Below, piece by piece: positions 21,409 through 33,155 of a DNA stretch of 64,000 nt (position 1 is its first letter; every line of letters starts with the position of its first letter). The notes under the pieces are model-generated. The model was not told the DNA's origin and searched no databases. It was given only the letters and a program-made list of their open reading frames with translations. The translations under genes and the position numbers were made by a program. This DNA is from Amoebophrya sp. A120 (taxonomy: Eukaryota > Protista > Dinoflagellata), in assembly GCA_905178155.1 (NCBI GenBank), contig CAJINV010000003.1, forward strand, positions 10,345,489 to 10,409,488. Direction: 5' to 3'.

Positions 21409-22818
21409 TTCCGATTACGGATAGGACGTGGGGGTTGGCTCGCCTCTCTGACACTTCTAAAATACCTTCGAGATGCTTTATTTGGTTTTTGAAAGTTCGC
21501 ATATATATTGGACTCGTGCCCTAGAAAACGACAACGACTTTCGATTTGAAAATCCGCACTGTGAATCCATACAGAAGAATCATTTTTTTTAATGCCGCTT
21601 CCGCTTCGTTTCGGACCCTGAGAGGTTTGCTTTTGTTTCATGATTTGCGCGCCCGGGTTTCAGGGGTCATTTTCTGGCTGCCGTTTTCGCAGGCCGGAAA
21701 AGCATTTTGGCGCACCCTGGCCGAGCTTCGAAATAATAGCCCGCGGGAAAACAAAGCGAAAGGCCTCGGGCGGCGACAGTTCGCCGGCATGTGAGTCCTT
21801 TCGCACCTGACAGGTGCGGCATGTTCCAAAAGAGCCTGCCTGTGGACCTTCCTTGCAGTCGTTGGGCTGCCCAAACTGGGGAATATGTGCGCCGGTTGGT
21901 TCTTCACTGTCCGGCGGCCGTGGTCCCATCTACTCGGAGCGGGCCGGGCCATTTGGTTTTGGGCACTTATTGGCTTTTTCTTCTTTCGAAGCAAGCAGGA
22001 ATTGACTCTGTCGCGCGAACCGTGCAAGCCCAAGCGTAGTAGCATGGACAAAGTCTTCGCGTTCGCATTCGCTGGGAGAGGGCGAGAACTTTTATCGCCG
22101 AGAGATGCTCTTCGTCATCGTTTAAGACTAAAAACAATCGCGAGAAGCAAGGCGGTATAGGTGTAGGAAGCTTAACGCCTTTGCTCGTACAAAACCGCAA
22201 GAATCTCTGCCCCTGCCGCTCTACTATGCTCTGGAGCCGGCTAAGGGGAATCATTTGGGGGGGAGAGCAGTGGAAGAGGGTCGATGGCTTTTTGTTCTTT
22301 TTTTTTTAGTCTAGGTCGGAGGAGCAGGGGTCTCAGGCTGGGGTCAAGGGCTTTAAGGAGGCAACTGGGAGATGCAGGATGTAGCCCCGTGCTTTCTTGC
22401 GTTTCCCGGTGGCGTTCGCGTACCGCTACCAGAGCTTCGGCGCAGGTGGCACAGGCAGGAAGTGCAAGAAGAGGCGTCTTGCTTACGACCTGGACTTTGT
22501 TTCTGTGGCGCCTGTGCTGACGCAAGGAAGGGCAAGCGGAGGCGGCTTGTCTTGGACGTTGTGGCTGTGTGGAGGTTGATCGGTGCAGTACGGATGAGGT
22601 TGCAGCATTGCGCCTTTGTGAAGCCAGGGCTGATTGAAGGCGCCGGCAGCTTTCCTCGTTCTCCCCGGTAACTCCCCGAGTTTGGCCGTTCACCACTAAA
22701 ACGGGCGGCGTTTCGTCAAGCTCCGGCGGCGATTGGTTGAGACACTAGGCGCCAGCCACTTAGTACAAGCAGGGACGTAGATAGTACGCTAAAGATCAGG
22801 CACTCGCTCGCCAAAAGA

Positions 22819-22927
22819 TATTGAGGAAAAGACACCCACCCCCATCCATTTTTTGCATGGCAAGCAGTGGACTTTGCGCATGTTTTGCATGACAAATTGG
22901 ATGGGGATGGGTGTTCTTGCCTGGATA
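22819..22927 (+). mobile_element. 109-bp MITE/introner family copy
   Basis: TAT...ATA ends, about 35-bp imperfect TIR, perfect TSD AAAGA; same length and interior as 41337-41445. Confidence 0.92.
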
Positions 22928-24386
22928 AAAGAAGCGGGCACGCAATTGCCTGGCGACTCTTTGTCAGGTGTCGAAGTCCTCTGCTGTAGGTAGTTCGCGT
23001 CTCCGATCCAGCAGGCTCCTAGGAAGGTGATCACGCAAATCAAAATCAAAACCACATGAAAACATTAGCGAAACAAAGAAGATCGCAAAAGAAAGGCAAG
23101 AAAGCGTGGCGAGGACAAATCCACAAGGATGAGCAAGCTCAAGGGCTTAGAGGGTACAGGCAAGGGCTTAAAGGCAAGGCCACGGGGCGGCGTTGGGCAT
23201 AAGTTCGCGCTTTCTACTAGTGCTTCATCCCGGTGGCGTCTGTGTGGCATCGCTAAAGGAGGTAAAGCCTCGGCTGCGGCGGTGTTGACAGGAAGGGAGA
23301 GCAGAGGAGGCTTGCTCAGGGCCTGTTAGTTTTGAGGACATCTGTTGGACACATCAAGGAATGGCAAGCGCGGAAGGCTTTTTTTGGGCCTTGTGGCTGC
23401 GCGCAGGGTGGCAAGATAAACACGAATGGAGAGCAGGGGGCAGCGCAGTGCTATGCCTGCCGGAAGCCAAGGTCAAGGAGAAGAAGCGCCTGGGTTCTTT
23501 CTCTCCACGGCAACTCCCCAGGTCTGGTTGTTCAACATCAAAGCGGACGGGCGCTTTTTTGTGTAGTTCTGGTGGGAATTTGTTGAGACGCCCCTTCATC
23601 TCAGGGACTCAATTAGTACGCACAGCAGTAGTTACTCGCTCGCCTGGAGAAGCGTCGTGCTCGCGGCCGCTGATTTTTTCTTTGTCCGTCGGAGGTTCAT
23701 AAGTAGGCCCCTTTCGGGCGACTTCAAGGCCAGAAATTTGACGCCAGGCGCCTTGGCGTAGGTCTTTGGAAGGTGTGCGCCTTGTGCCGGTTTCTCCTCG
23801 TCGCTCGTGCGCTCGACGCTCTGACGCATTTTTCCGAGCGCGTGACTTTGGCGGCCGGGCGTCAGTCTGTGATCTCACTCTCGCCCCAGCCTCTGGCCAG
23901 ATCGCCCGCCGCTTCGCCCCCCCCGGCCGGGCGCGGTCTTTTTGAAAACGGCCAAGGTCGGCCGCTCTTCAGCCTCGTACGTGGGTGCACGCCGTGGCAT
24001 GGCGCCGCCCAGCCGGCCAGGGCGGTCGGCATTTTTGAACAGTGCCCGCAAGTGTGCGCACTCTGGCCCGAGACCATCAGTGGCCGCGCCCTTGTTGGTA
24101 GTGTCTGTGGCGGATCATACCGCCGCGCGGGCAAGGCTGCGGCAAGATGCTTACTTTCGCGCAGCGCCCGGCGCGGCTTTGCCAAGGGGGGCCGGAGCGT
24201 GGCGTCGCGCGCATGGGGTTCGGTGGCGCCCTCTTTCTGCCACTCGGGAGGGCCTTGGGTGCCGCCGCGTGGCCGCGGGAGGTTGCAAGAGGTCGACCGG
24301 GAGGGTGCCTGCTCTTCTGCGCGGGCGCAATAGCGTCGCGCGCATGCATTGGGCACTGATCGGTGTAGGGGTCCTGGTCCACAGGG

Positions 24387-24486
24387 NNNNNNNNNNNNNN
24401 NNNNNNNNNNNNNNNNNNNNNNNNNNNNNNNNNNNNNNNNNNNNNNNNNNNNNNNNNNNNNNNNNNNNNNNNNNNNNNNNNNNNNN
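24387..24486. other. Assembly gap (100 N)
   Basis: Run of N. Confidence 1.
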
Positions 24487-26199
24487 CTGGCGGCGCACAA
24501 CCGCCCACGAGTTGAGCGCCCCCAGACATGCAAATGCTTGCTGTAGCTACGCAGTGCAATACCAAATCGGACGAAAATCAACGGCAGTCGTGGGGAGGTG
24601 TTGGTGTTCGCGAGGCACTACGTCCGACGCGCCTCCGAGCCGTGAGGGCACTCGGAAGGGTAGGAGAGAGGGACCGAAAGTGCACCTACTCCGGGTGCGG
24701 GAGATCCTGGCGAGACAGATCCCACATACAATGCACTGAGACCCATCCGTCCCCTTGTACGTGCGATGTTTGTGCACAGTGGTCGGCATCACCTGTGGCT
24801 TCGATAATAATAATACAACGACCAAAATAGCATTACCATTACAAATCCCACAATCTAACTGTAAAACGTATGCGAGGACAACTTGTAAAGCTAAAAAAAG
24901 ATATTAACGGGGCCTGTTCTTGCAGCGCCTGCGTTAGCGTTCCGTCCCTTCTCTATTAGTGGACAAAGTGCGCGGTACTCTTCGTTGCTGGGTCGAAGTA
25001 CAGAGCGAGCTTCGTAGCAAACTCCTATGCTAAGTGAAGTCGTGACCTTGACCCGCACAATAGTGGCAGAGCAAAACTCTCTGATTTTCGATAGGTAGGC
25101 TACGCAATACAAATTTTCTTCGTCGAGCCACGTGCTAACTCTAAAGCACACGACGCCAAAATTAATTCAAAACCAATTCAAACCGATTCCAAAGTGTAGC
25201 ACTTTCGGTGTTTCGGAAACGTCGGAGCGGCCAGAAAGTCGCTTCCTTCGTTGTCTCAAATCGGCTAACGTTGAGCGAAAAGCGAAGCGCCCCTCGCCGC
25301 CGTCGGCGTTGTCTTGATCTATGTTTCAGAATGTATCTGCTATCGCGCAGGCCCCATACCATTGTGTGGGGTAGTGACCCGTCCGGCGCATGGCTTCTGT
25401 TTGTGGCGATGGCCTAGCCATCTCGTCTGAACCAAGCGCCGTCGTCTCGCTGAGGCCGCCGCTTGGCGTTGGGTATGGGTTGTCTTCTATAAAGACGAGG
25501 AGGACGAGCGGCAGCCTTCGCGCAAAAAAGCAAAGGGCTACTCGGCATTACCTAGCGCTACAGCTTCGTTGGCTGGCGCACGGTAGCAGGGGGATGAAAG
25601 CGACCGTGCCTGTTCTTGTGCTGAGTGAGTCGCGCCTGTATGTCGGTAGTTGGGCCGATCCTTCTAGCAGCACGAGCAGAGCCCTAAAAAGAGCAAAGGC
25701 GACGCAGGGCTGCAGAGCGTAAGAGCCGGGCCGTGTTTGGTGCGCTTCAAGGGTAGGACGTAGCGCCAGCGCGTGTGACTTGGAAACGCCGGGGCAGTGT
25801 TTTCCCCTTTTGGTTGGCCCAGGGGTTGCTTTTTGAAGCTGTGTGCTGACCACACGACAGCGCCCGGTGGAGTGGCGCCAAGATTGGCGGCGTCCCCAGG
25901 GTGGGCCCTTGCGATGGAGGAGCAACAGTCTTGGCAGGTCCTTCCAGTCCCCTTTAGGGTGCGGGATTGCCTGCTCAAGTGTGGACTCCTCGCGTAGTGT
26001 GGCCCACCTTTACAGAGCTGCCTGTGGTTTCGCTTATTCCGGCAGCTCGGGCAACGGAAGTGCATTCCGGACGGAGCTGCCCCGGGGCCGGGCAAGTGGT
26101 GCGCTTTTTTGTTGCCAATGGGTGATGTTGCGGCTTGGCTTGCCCAGGTACCGCGCCCACTCATAGATGCCCACCCAGTTATCATTTTCCGTATTTTCC

Positions 26200-26470
26200 G
26201 GAGAGCAGAAATTCGAACTCCGATTTTCTGCTTCCGGGGCTCATTTCAAAACCAAGTTCAAAATCCGGTCAAAACCAAATTTCTAATATGGGGAACAAAA
26301 GGTTTTGAACGGATTTTGAACGGAAATTGAGCGGAGATTGAAGTTTCGTTTTGAAATTGGTGGGGAATTTGAATTACGTTTTGAAATTGGCCGAAATTTG
26401 AGTCACGTTTTGAAATTGGCCTGGGGGGTGAGTTTCGTTTTGAAGTTGTCCCCCCCCTTGAAGAATGTGA
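26200..26470. repeat. Degenerate short-unit array (GTTTTGAAATTGG-like)
   Basis: Several near-tandem GTTTTGAAATTG units; a related motif cluster lies at 30600-30850. Confidence 0.6.
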
Positions 26471-26817
26471 ATGTCGCTCCGAAATGTCAACCGGGGGCGC
26501 AGCCACGCTTCGAGCCTAGGGCCTCGGCCGCTCGATCGCCATTTTGCCCGGAAAATGCCGCCAAGCAGCCCCCGCAAAAGCGGCGGCAATGGCATTCTAG
26601 GGGCGCGGAAGAGCCCGAGTTTGAGTTGATTCATTCTGAGACTCAAACCCGAGCGTGATTCTCAGACTCGAGCTTGGTTGTCAGACTCGAGGTTGATCCT
26701 CAAAGTCAAACTCAAGCTGGCACTTGCATTCTTTTAGGCCAAGGTAGTTAATATCTATACACGTATAAGACTACTCATATTTATTATAATTATTTATTTT
26801 TAGTGCCTTCGCCCACA

Positions 26818-26897
26818 CAGGTTCAAAATCGACAAAAGCAAAGACGTTGTTCATTCTGTCTGATCGTAGGAGATCGAGGCACTGTTCGAGGTGGCAC
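26818..26897 (+). repeat. Dispersed ~90-bp repeat, copy 2 (copy 1 at 13884-13980)
   Basis: Visual alignment to 13884-13980. Confidence 0.8.
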
Positions 26898-27772
26898 TGT
26901 TGATTCGTATTGAAACAAAGTTTCCATCGAAGTGCATGAAGTTGAAGTCCCTAGCTATATGGTGTGGATGCGCATCAGTCTCAATTTGAATTTTTCGTTT
27001 GCTCGTCGGAATGAAAGAGATAGATGGAAATGCGCAACAAGATTGACGAAAACGATCCCGGACATCAACGCATGATACATTTTCTCGAACGACTACGACT
27101 CAACGCCCTACATGGTTTCGCGATGTTTTGCTACGATAATTTTTTCCGAGTCGTGCTAGTACTACTACTGCATTCCCAGAGAGGTACCCCGGGGCACAGT
27201 CAGTGTTGGAAAAGCAAGCGAAATATTATTTCGCTTTATCAAATTGGTATTGGAACGTGAATAATGGCGAAATGAAACACGATAAACTTAAACATAAAAA
27301 TGATGGACACAGCGACGCAAATAGAGTTCAGATTGATAGTATTATTTCTAGAGCCTGAGAGGTACAACTACACAACATTCATATTGTTCAGATACAGATG
27401 ATTATTGAGACGGAGATCAGCGCGCACTGCGACAATGATTGACTAGCTTCTCGTACACGCTGAACCTACTGTAGTACCCGTTGTCGCTGTTTATTCTTGG
27501 CTTGGTCTACTTCTCCTCCGCAGCAAATCAGAATCAGTTTCAGTTAGACTCTACAGGATAGCGTAGCAGTAGCTGGAGTGGCTGCAGAAATTGCATTCTA
27601 TCAAAGGAAAAGGAGTGGAAGAGGAAGTGCCGGATCCGGTCGATTTAGGAACAACGTCACACGCGTCAGACCAGTCCTTGGTCTCGTCCCGGCCGGTCCT
27701 TGCGCTCGTCCCGATCCCGAACATATTGTGAGGGGCGCCACAAAGTCGGAAAACGCGGACGCGTAGAAGACG

Positions 27773-29150
27773 ATGGAATTGTTCGACGACGCACCATCGG
27801 CCCCGGCGGCGCCAGGTCCTAATTTTGATTTTTTATTTCCTAGAGATAGTAGTGAAGGTGAAGGTGAACAACACGACCAAAAAGCGGCGAGCCGGTTGCT
27901 GTGTGCTGCTTTCAGGGAAGAGCATGAGGACCAGCTTTCGGCGTTTCAGGGATCAGGGCCACCGCTGTTGCAGTTTCAAGAAGAGTCTTCCTCTTCAGCA
28001 ATCCACGGAGTTCTGGTTACGAATGAAGCAACGTCGCGCACAGGAGGACGAGGAAGTACAGCAGGAGGTGGAGATAATCAATATGCATTTCTTCTTGGCG
28101 CTGCGACGAACGCGAATGGGAATGCGCACTCAGCAGGTAGAAGTACAACAACTGGAGGAACTGCCGCAGGCGCTCTTGATATGCTTGTGGCGAGATCCAG
28201 CTCCTCCATTCCTGTTGGAACTACTGGAGCGATGAATTCGGTCGCACAAGTCGTGAGCACCTGTCCAAACAGTCCTGCAATTAGCACTGTTCCCTGCTCT
28301 CTGGCGGGCGCGGGTCCACGCGCTGCTTCTACCTATATTCTCACTTGTGCGGCTCTGGCGGATCCCCGCTCGGCTTCGACGTCGATTGCCACCGCTGCTA
28401 CCCAAGCTGAAGCACATCATGATCTACAAATCATCGCACCAACTGGAGCAGTGGGAGTGGCCAATTCGCCGCGCCATCTGCACCTGTTTCCTGACTCGGA
28501 AAACTCCTCGGAGGGGGGTGATTTTGACGCCGACTTTCCTTCATCGCGGACGGGAAGCTTATGGAAGCATCAGAAAGTGGAAGATCAATAAGAAAAAATT
28601 TGAATGACATTGATTATAATGATTCCTTATGATGCATCACTCGAAGCCGGCTAACTATAATAGCAGCTTCGTCAAGCCAGACATTTTTAGGCACAAAAAA
28701 AACATTTTTCTCTCAGACAATTTCGTCGCCGGGCAGCAGTCTTGCATGCTGCTCAATAGCGAGACAGGTGTGTGAAGTTCTCCCGTGACGCTCTACTCTA
28801 ACAAAGATGCATTTCGTCTTCGATAAAATGTGTCTCCTTAGCAAGAGCAACGCAAGATCTTCGGCTTCATTTTTTGCGTCCCGTGCAAGTGCAGCTTTGT
28901 TTTTTTGCCCCCGTGAAAAACAAAAACCATTTCCACATTCTTGACGACTTCCCCTCCTGGCGCTTCCATAAAACACTTTGAGCAGTCGTGAACCAACGCT
29001 AAGCACCCAGGTTGATGAAGATCGGATTTCGATTCGGACCCAGGAGCTGAACCCGCTAGCATCGGTGGAGGACGTCGAAGAGGTCACAATATCAATAAAG
29101 CCTGGGGGCAGCGCTGCCGAAACTGCAACTCCGAACGACTGCGCGAATCT
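27773..29150 (+). CDS. Uncharacterised Ser/Ala/Gly-rich protein, 5' exons (27773-28559 and 28976 to about 29150); may continue at 34634-35032 or be the 5' part of the clathrin light chain gene
   Basis: 272-aa ORF joined in frame to ORF 28978 by removing introner 28560-28970 plus 5 nt; no recognisable domain. Confidence 0.55.
28560..28970. mobile_element. 411-bp introner-like intron (TATGGAAGC family)
   Basis: Perfect TATGGAAGC/GCTTCCATA termini extending imperfectly for about 45 bp; TSD AAGCT/AAACA; in-frame RTGS-SLSSREP. Confidence 0.75.
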
Positions 29151-29392
29151 TATCAGGTTCTCAAGCGTTACGGTAAGTCACATTGGTTGCTGTTACATGG
29201 CAACACATATGATACCAACATTCTTAAGTGCTATTATTGGCTCATATAGCAAAAGTGTAAGGGGTAGGGGGAGCGTGCGCGTCTTGGGTGATCAAATTTG
29301 ACAATTGGGATGCTACTTTAGTTCGCGGAAGGCCTGTCATGCGAACAAGTAGATTAATATTTACAACATATACATTGCTTGACTTCCGGGTT

Positions 29393-32201
29393 TATCCTGT
29401 GCAAAAGTATCGTACTCGTATAGATCCGCTACTGGCATGCCAATAACCTCTCACCCCCGACCTCCCACCAACTTCCCATCAACTTCTGCCCAACCTTTCC
29501 ACCAACTTCCCAGCTGTTGAGAAGTTGGCGTGGACCCTTTGCCGCGGTTGTTGGGAAGCTTGATGCGGAGTTGAAATCCACAGCAAGCTGCCCACAAGCT
29601 TCCGGCTAGAACGTCTCAAAAGGAATATCGCGGGCCTCGATTCGTGGCCGCGTGCGCAGTCACGAATCAGCGAGCTCCCGCGATGATCCTACTGCGGCTG
29701 CTAAGCCTGTGGCAGATAGCTTGGAAATCTCTTGCAGCTGGAGACTTGCGAGGTCCTGCACAAAAGACGCACACCTACGCCGAACACCCCGACGCATTTC
29801 GCGGCAAGCTTTGAGCTTTTGGAGGCGTCATGCAATATTGGAATTGCGCGGCGCCTCCAAATTAACGCCGGGCCGTCCGTTACCAAAAACGCCCCCAAAA
29901 CAAATATAAACCGAATGCAAAACGCCAGCGCTTTTGACTTCTTGGGCCGCTTAGAATCTTTGTCGCAAGAACCAACGTGGCGGGCAATAGCACGGCTTCC
30001 GTGCCCACTTCATGGCGGGGCTCGGGTGCGCCAGTGTGGTGGGTCGCGTGTCTGAGGGGCGCAAGACAACTCGGCTGCAGTTTCATTGTCGCCGGCCAGT
30101 TAGATATGACGCGGACCCTAGCAAAGTGGTACGGTGGACGGAACAAGAGGCGGGCGGCTTCAAAGGGTCGAACGAGCCCGTTGCGCTCGCTTTGGACGCA
30201 CTGTGTGGACGCTGCCCGATGTGCCGCCCTGCGCCGTCGGCCAGACGCTCCAGTGGAGCCGTCAGAGATGCGACGCCTGCGGCGCCACCTGGGGCGCGGG
30301 CTGATGACAGGAGGAAAATGCGCGCGCGCAGTATTATTGCCCGAGCTACTCCCGGCGCGGTTTCTTTATAAGCCGGCGGAAAATAGCGCCCCGCGATTCG
30401 ACGCGGTGTGATGCTCTGTGGTCCGGGTTGCAGAGAGCCGGCCCGTTCGTGGGCCGGCCCTCGGAGCAGAGCAAGCGCTTTCCTGTTCCTTCTCAGGACA
30501 GGGCAGCTGGGTCCAGCTCTTCACCGGAGGTGCAACGCAAGGCCGACGCGTTGACCTGCGGCATGAGGCGGCCCCCGCATTCAGTTTCAGACTGAGCCCG
30601 CGAATTCAAAGCGAGTCCGCGAATTCAAACGGAGTCCGCGAATTCAAACTGAATTCGAGGGCGCCTCTTCAATTTCAAACCAAGTCCGTTGCTTCGTGGA
30701 GCGGCCGCACCAATTTCGAACGGAATCCGAATTCCATCCGAACCCCATCCGATTTCCATCCGAATCCCATTTCCCTAATAAGCAATTGGACTCGGATGAA
30801 AAAAGGATGGAACTCGGATTCCGTTTGAAATTGGGCGGATCAATTTGGGGCCCAATGCGAGACCTTCTTCTGCGTTAGGGCAGAGTCGCTGGGCTAGGTT
30901 GTAGATTTTTGGCGCGCGCTGCCGCGCGCGCCACAGTCTGGGTGTTTTTCAATGCCCTTTCCTTTCACTCTGTGTTGCCCCGTGGTTGGTGTGGCGAGTT
31001 GTGTGCTCTTGGGGTTGTGTTGCAGCCTCTGAGCAGCAGGGCCGGCTGTCGCAGGTGACGCCGAGTCTTGTCATGCAGCCCTTCTGCTTTGGTTGAATCT
31101 GCGTCACCTGCGCTTCTGCCTCTTGACCGCTTCACCCATAAAGGCGCTGCTCATGGACAATTGCCGGTGGGGAGCCGGCTTCTCGCATGGAGCGCTTCTG
31201 CTCAGATTGCCAGGCTGGGCCGTGAAGCACGTGGGTGCTGCAACTGTACTGAGGCCAGAGCTGGGGCTTCCTTCGTTCGTTCGAAAGCTTTTGGCGCATG
31301 CGGATTACCAACCCGAGCCAGCTCTTTCGTGGTGGTGTTGCATCCTGAGCAGGTTTGTTCCATGTTCTATCTTCCCTTTCCGCCTATACCGCAAATCCTT
31401 GCCGCGCTGTGCGTCCTTGCTCACTCCGTACAGAGTGTCGCGCGCCTGACAGATTAATCTTCCTGCCGTGCCTGTGGTGGCATCCGGGGCCATGAGCCCA
31501 GTGCGCGACTGCGAGGGTTCTCTGCGCTTCTGGGTGAGGGTCTCGACCTACATGCCATGCCCGAAGCGTCTCAGCATGCTTCCCCAATTCTCTTTGTTTG
31601 AAAGCTGCTGCGTTTTGAATTGCGTGCGAGTTCGGTTTGAAATCGAATCACACGACGGCACGCCCAGAGCTAACCTCCAAAAGCCCAAAGCTTGCCGCAA
31701 AATGCGCCGGGATGTTCGTCGCGAAGTGCGTAGAGAAGCCGCTGGGCAGTGAGTTGGTAAGCTAGGCAATAAATAGCGTAGGGCGCGCGCAGAGTTGCGG
31801 CGTTTTTGTAACAGAAACAAAACGCAGCGAGTTACTAAGTGGCGCCATTCAGTTGATTGCTATAATTCGCTACGAACTGACGCGGGAAAGTGGCCCGAGT
31901 TCAAAGCTTGCGCGCCGAAGCGGCGCGCAGCTCCACATCGCCGAGGGCCGCTATCCTCCGCTTCCGTCTTTGATGGCTGCACGCAGGACAGATCGTGCGC
32001 GCAGACATCGCGGCGGAGTGACGCGGCGCGTCGCTTGATCGAGGCGAGAACGACGGCAGCACCTCGCGCCACTTCTCACCGACTTTCTTCCGTACCATCT
32101 TCGCGACCAACTTCGCGGCCGATTTTTCCCCAGCTTTTCCGTCAGTTTATGCCGGGGGATTGTAGCGGATTTATACGAGTGCGATACTTTTGCACAGGAT
32201 A
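29393..32201. mobile_element. 2.8-kb TIR element, long member of the TATCCTGTGCAAAAGTATCG family
   Basis: 40-bp TIR with 2 mismatches (29393-29432 and 32162-32201); TSD GGGTT/GGGCT. Confidence 0.93.
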
Positions 32202-32689
32202 GGGCTCGGGTACGGCATACCTCCGGCGGCAGGTGCCCTCGACAGATGACCTCGGCGCGTGACCTCGGCCGGTGGCCTGGTCAGGTTGCCCGTTCATGTC
32301 GCTGCCTGCTGACGTGACATGCAAACTTGTGCGACACTACAGAAAACGAAAAAGCTAAAAGCGCAAAACAAAGAAACTGCGACGCAGAAAATGAAAAAGA
32401 TAAAAACGCAAAGGCACAAACTGCCCCGACACAGAAAGAAGTGCTTGCGTTGCAGTGTAAAAAAAAGCAGCAAAGTGCTTATCTCTGCAATGCACGCCCA
32501 GGGGGCGGCTGCTTGATTCGCCTGCGGAATCGGGAACGCGTTGCGCTTCAGTATTATAGGACTCCTCTGCAGCACCAGCAGCCGGGCAGAGACGCTCCCC
32601 CCCTTTGCTTCGATTTCTGTTTTGTGTTGCAAATTGCAGGGCACCTAGTTCGTGATCCTTTCGCCCATAGCGCTCCGCGCACTATTAAG

Positions 32690-33155
32690 CCACTAGCACT
32701 ATGCGCGCGCCTCGTGTGCGGCGAGGGGCGGACGCTGTCCGCCCCGATGCCGAACACCCTGCCCCCACTAGCGTTTCGCGCACTAAGGCACTCGGCGCGC
32801 GCCTGGTGTGGGGCGCAGGGCGGACGCGTCCGCCCCGATGCCGAACAGCCTTCCCCCAGCCACAACTAGCGTTTCGCGCGCTATCAATCTAAGCCACTAG
32901 GCGCGCGCGTGGTGTGAGGCGAGGGGCGGACGCTGTCCGCCCCGATGCCGAACACCCTTCCCCCGCTAGAGTTTCGCGCACTAAGCCACTACGCGCGCGC
33001 CTGGTGTGGTGCGAGGGGCGGGCAACCCGATGCCGAACACCCTGCCCCCAGTAGCGTTTCGCGCACTAAGCCACTATGCGCGCGCCTGGTGCGTGTGAGG
33101 CGAGGGGCGGACGCTGTCCGCCCCGATGCGGAACACCCTTCCCCCACTAGCGCGA
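32690..33155. repeat. GC-rich minisatellite, ~90-105-bp unit, about 5 copies
   Basis: Repeated GGCGGACGCTGTCCGCCCCGATGCCGAACACCCT.CCCCCACTAGCGTTTCGCGCACTAAGCCACT. Confidence 0.9.

Noticed and set aside
22284-23340. Retroelement gag-like region (Lys/Gly-rich stretches)
   Set aside because: No reverse transcriptase, integrase, zinc-knuckle or LTR evidence; frames are broken
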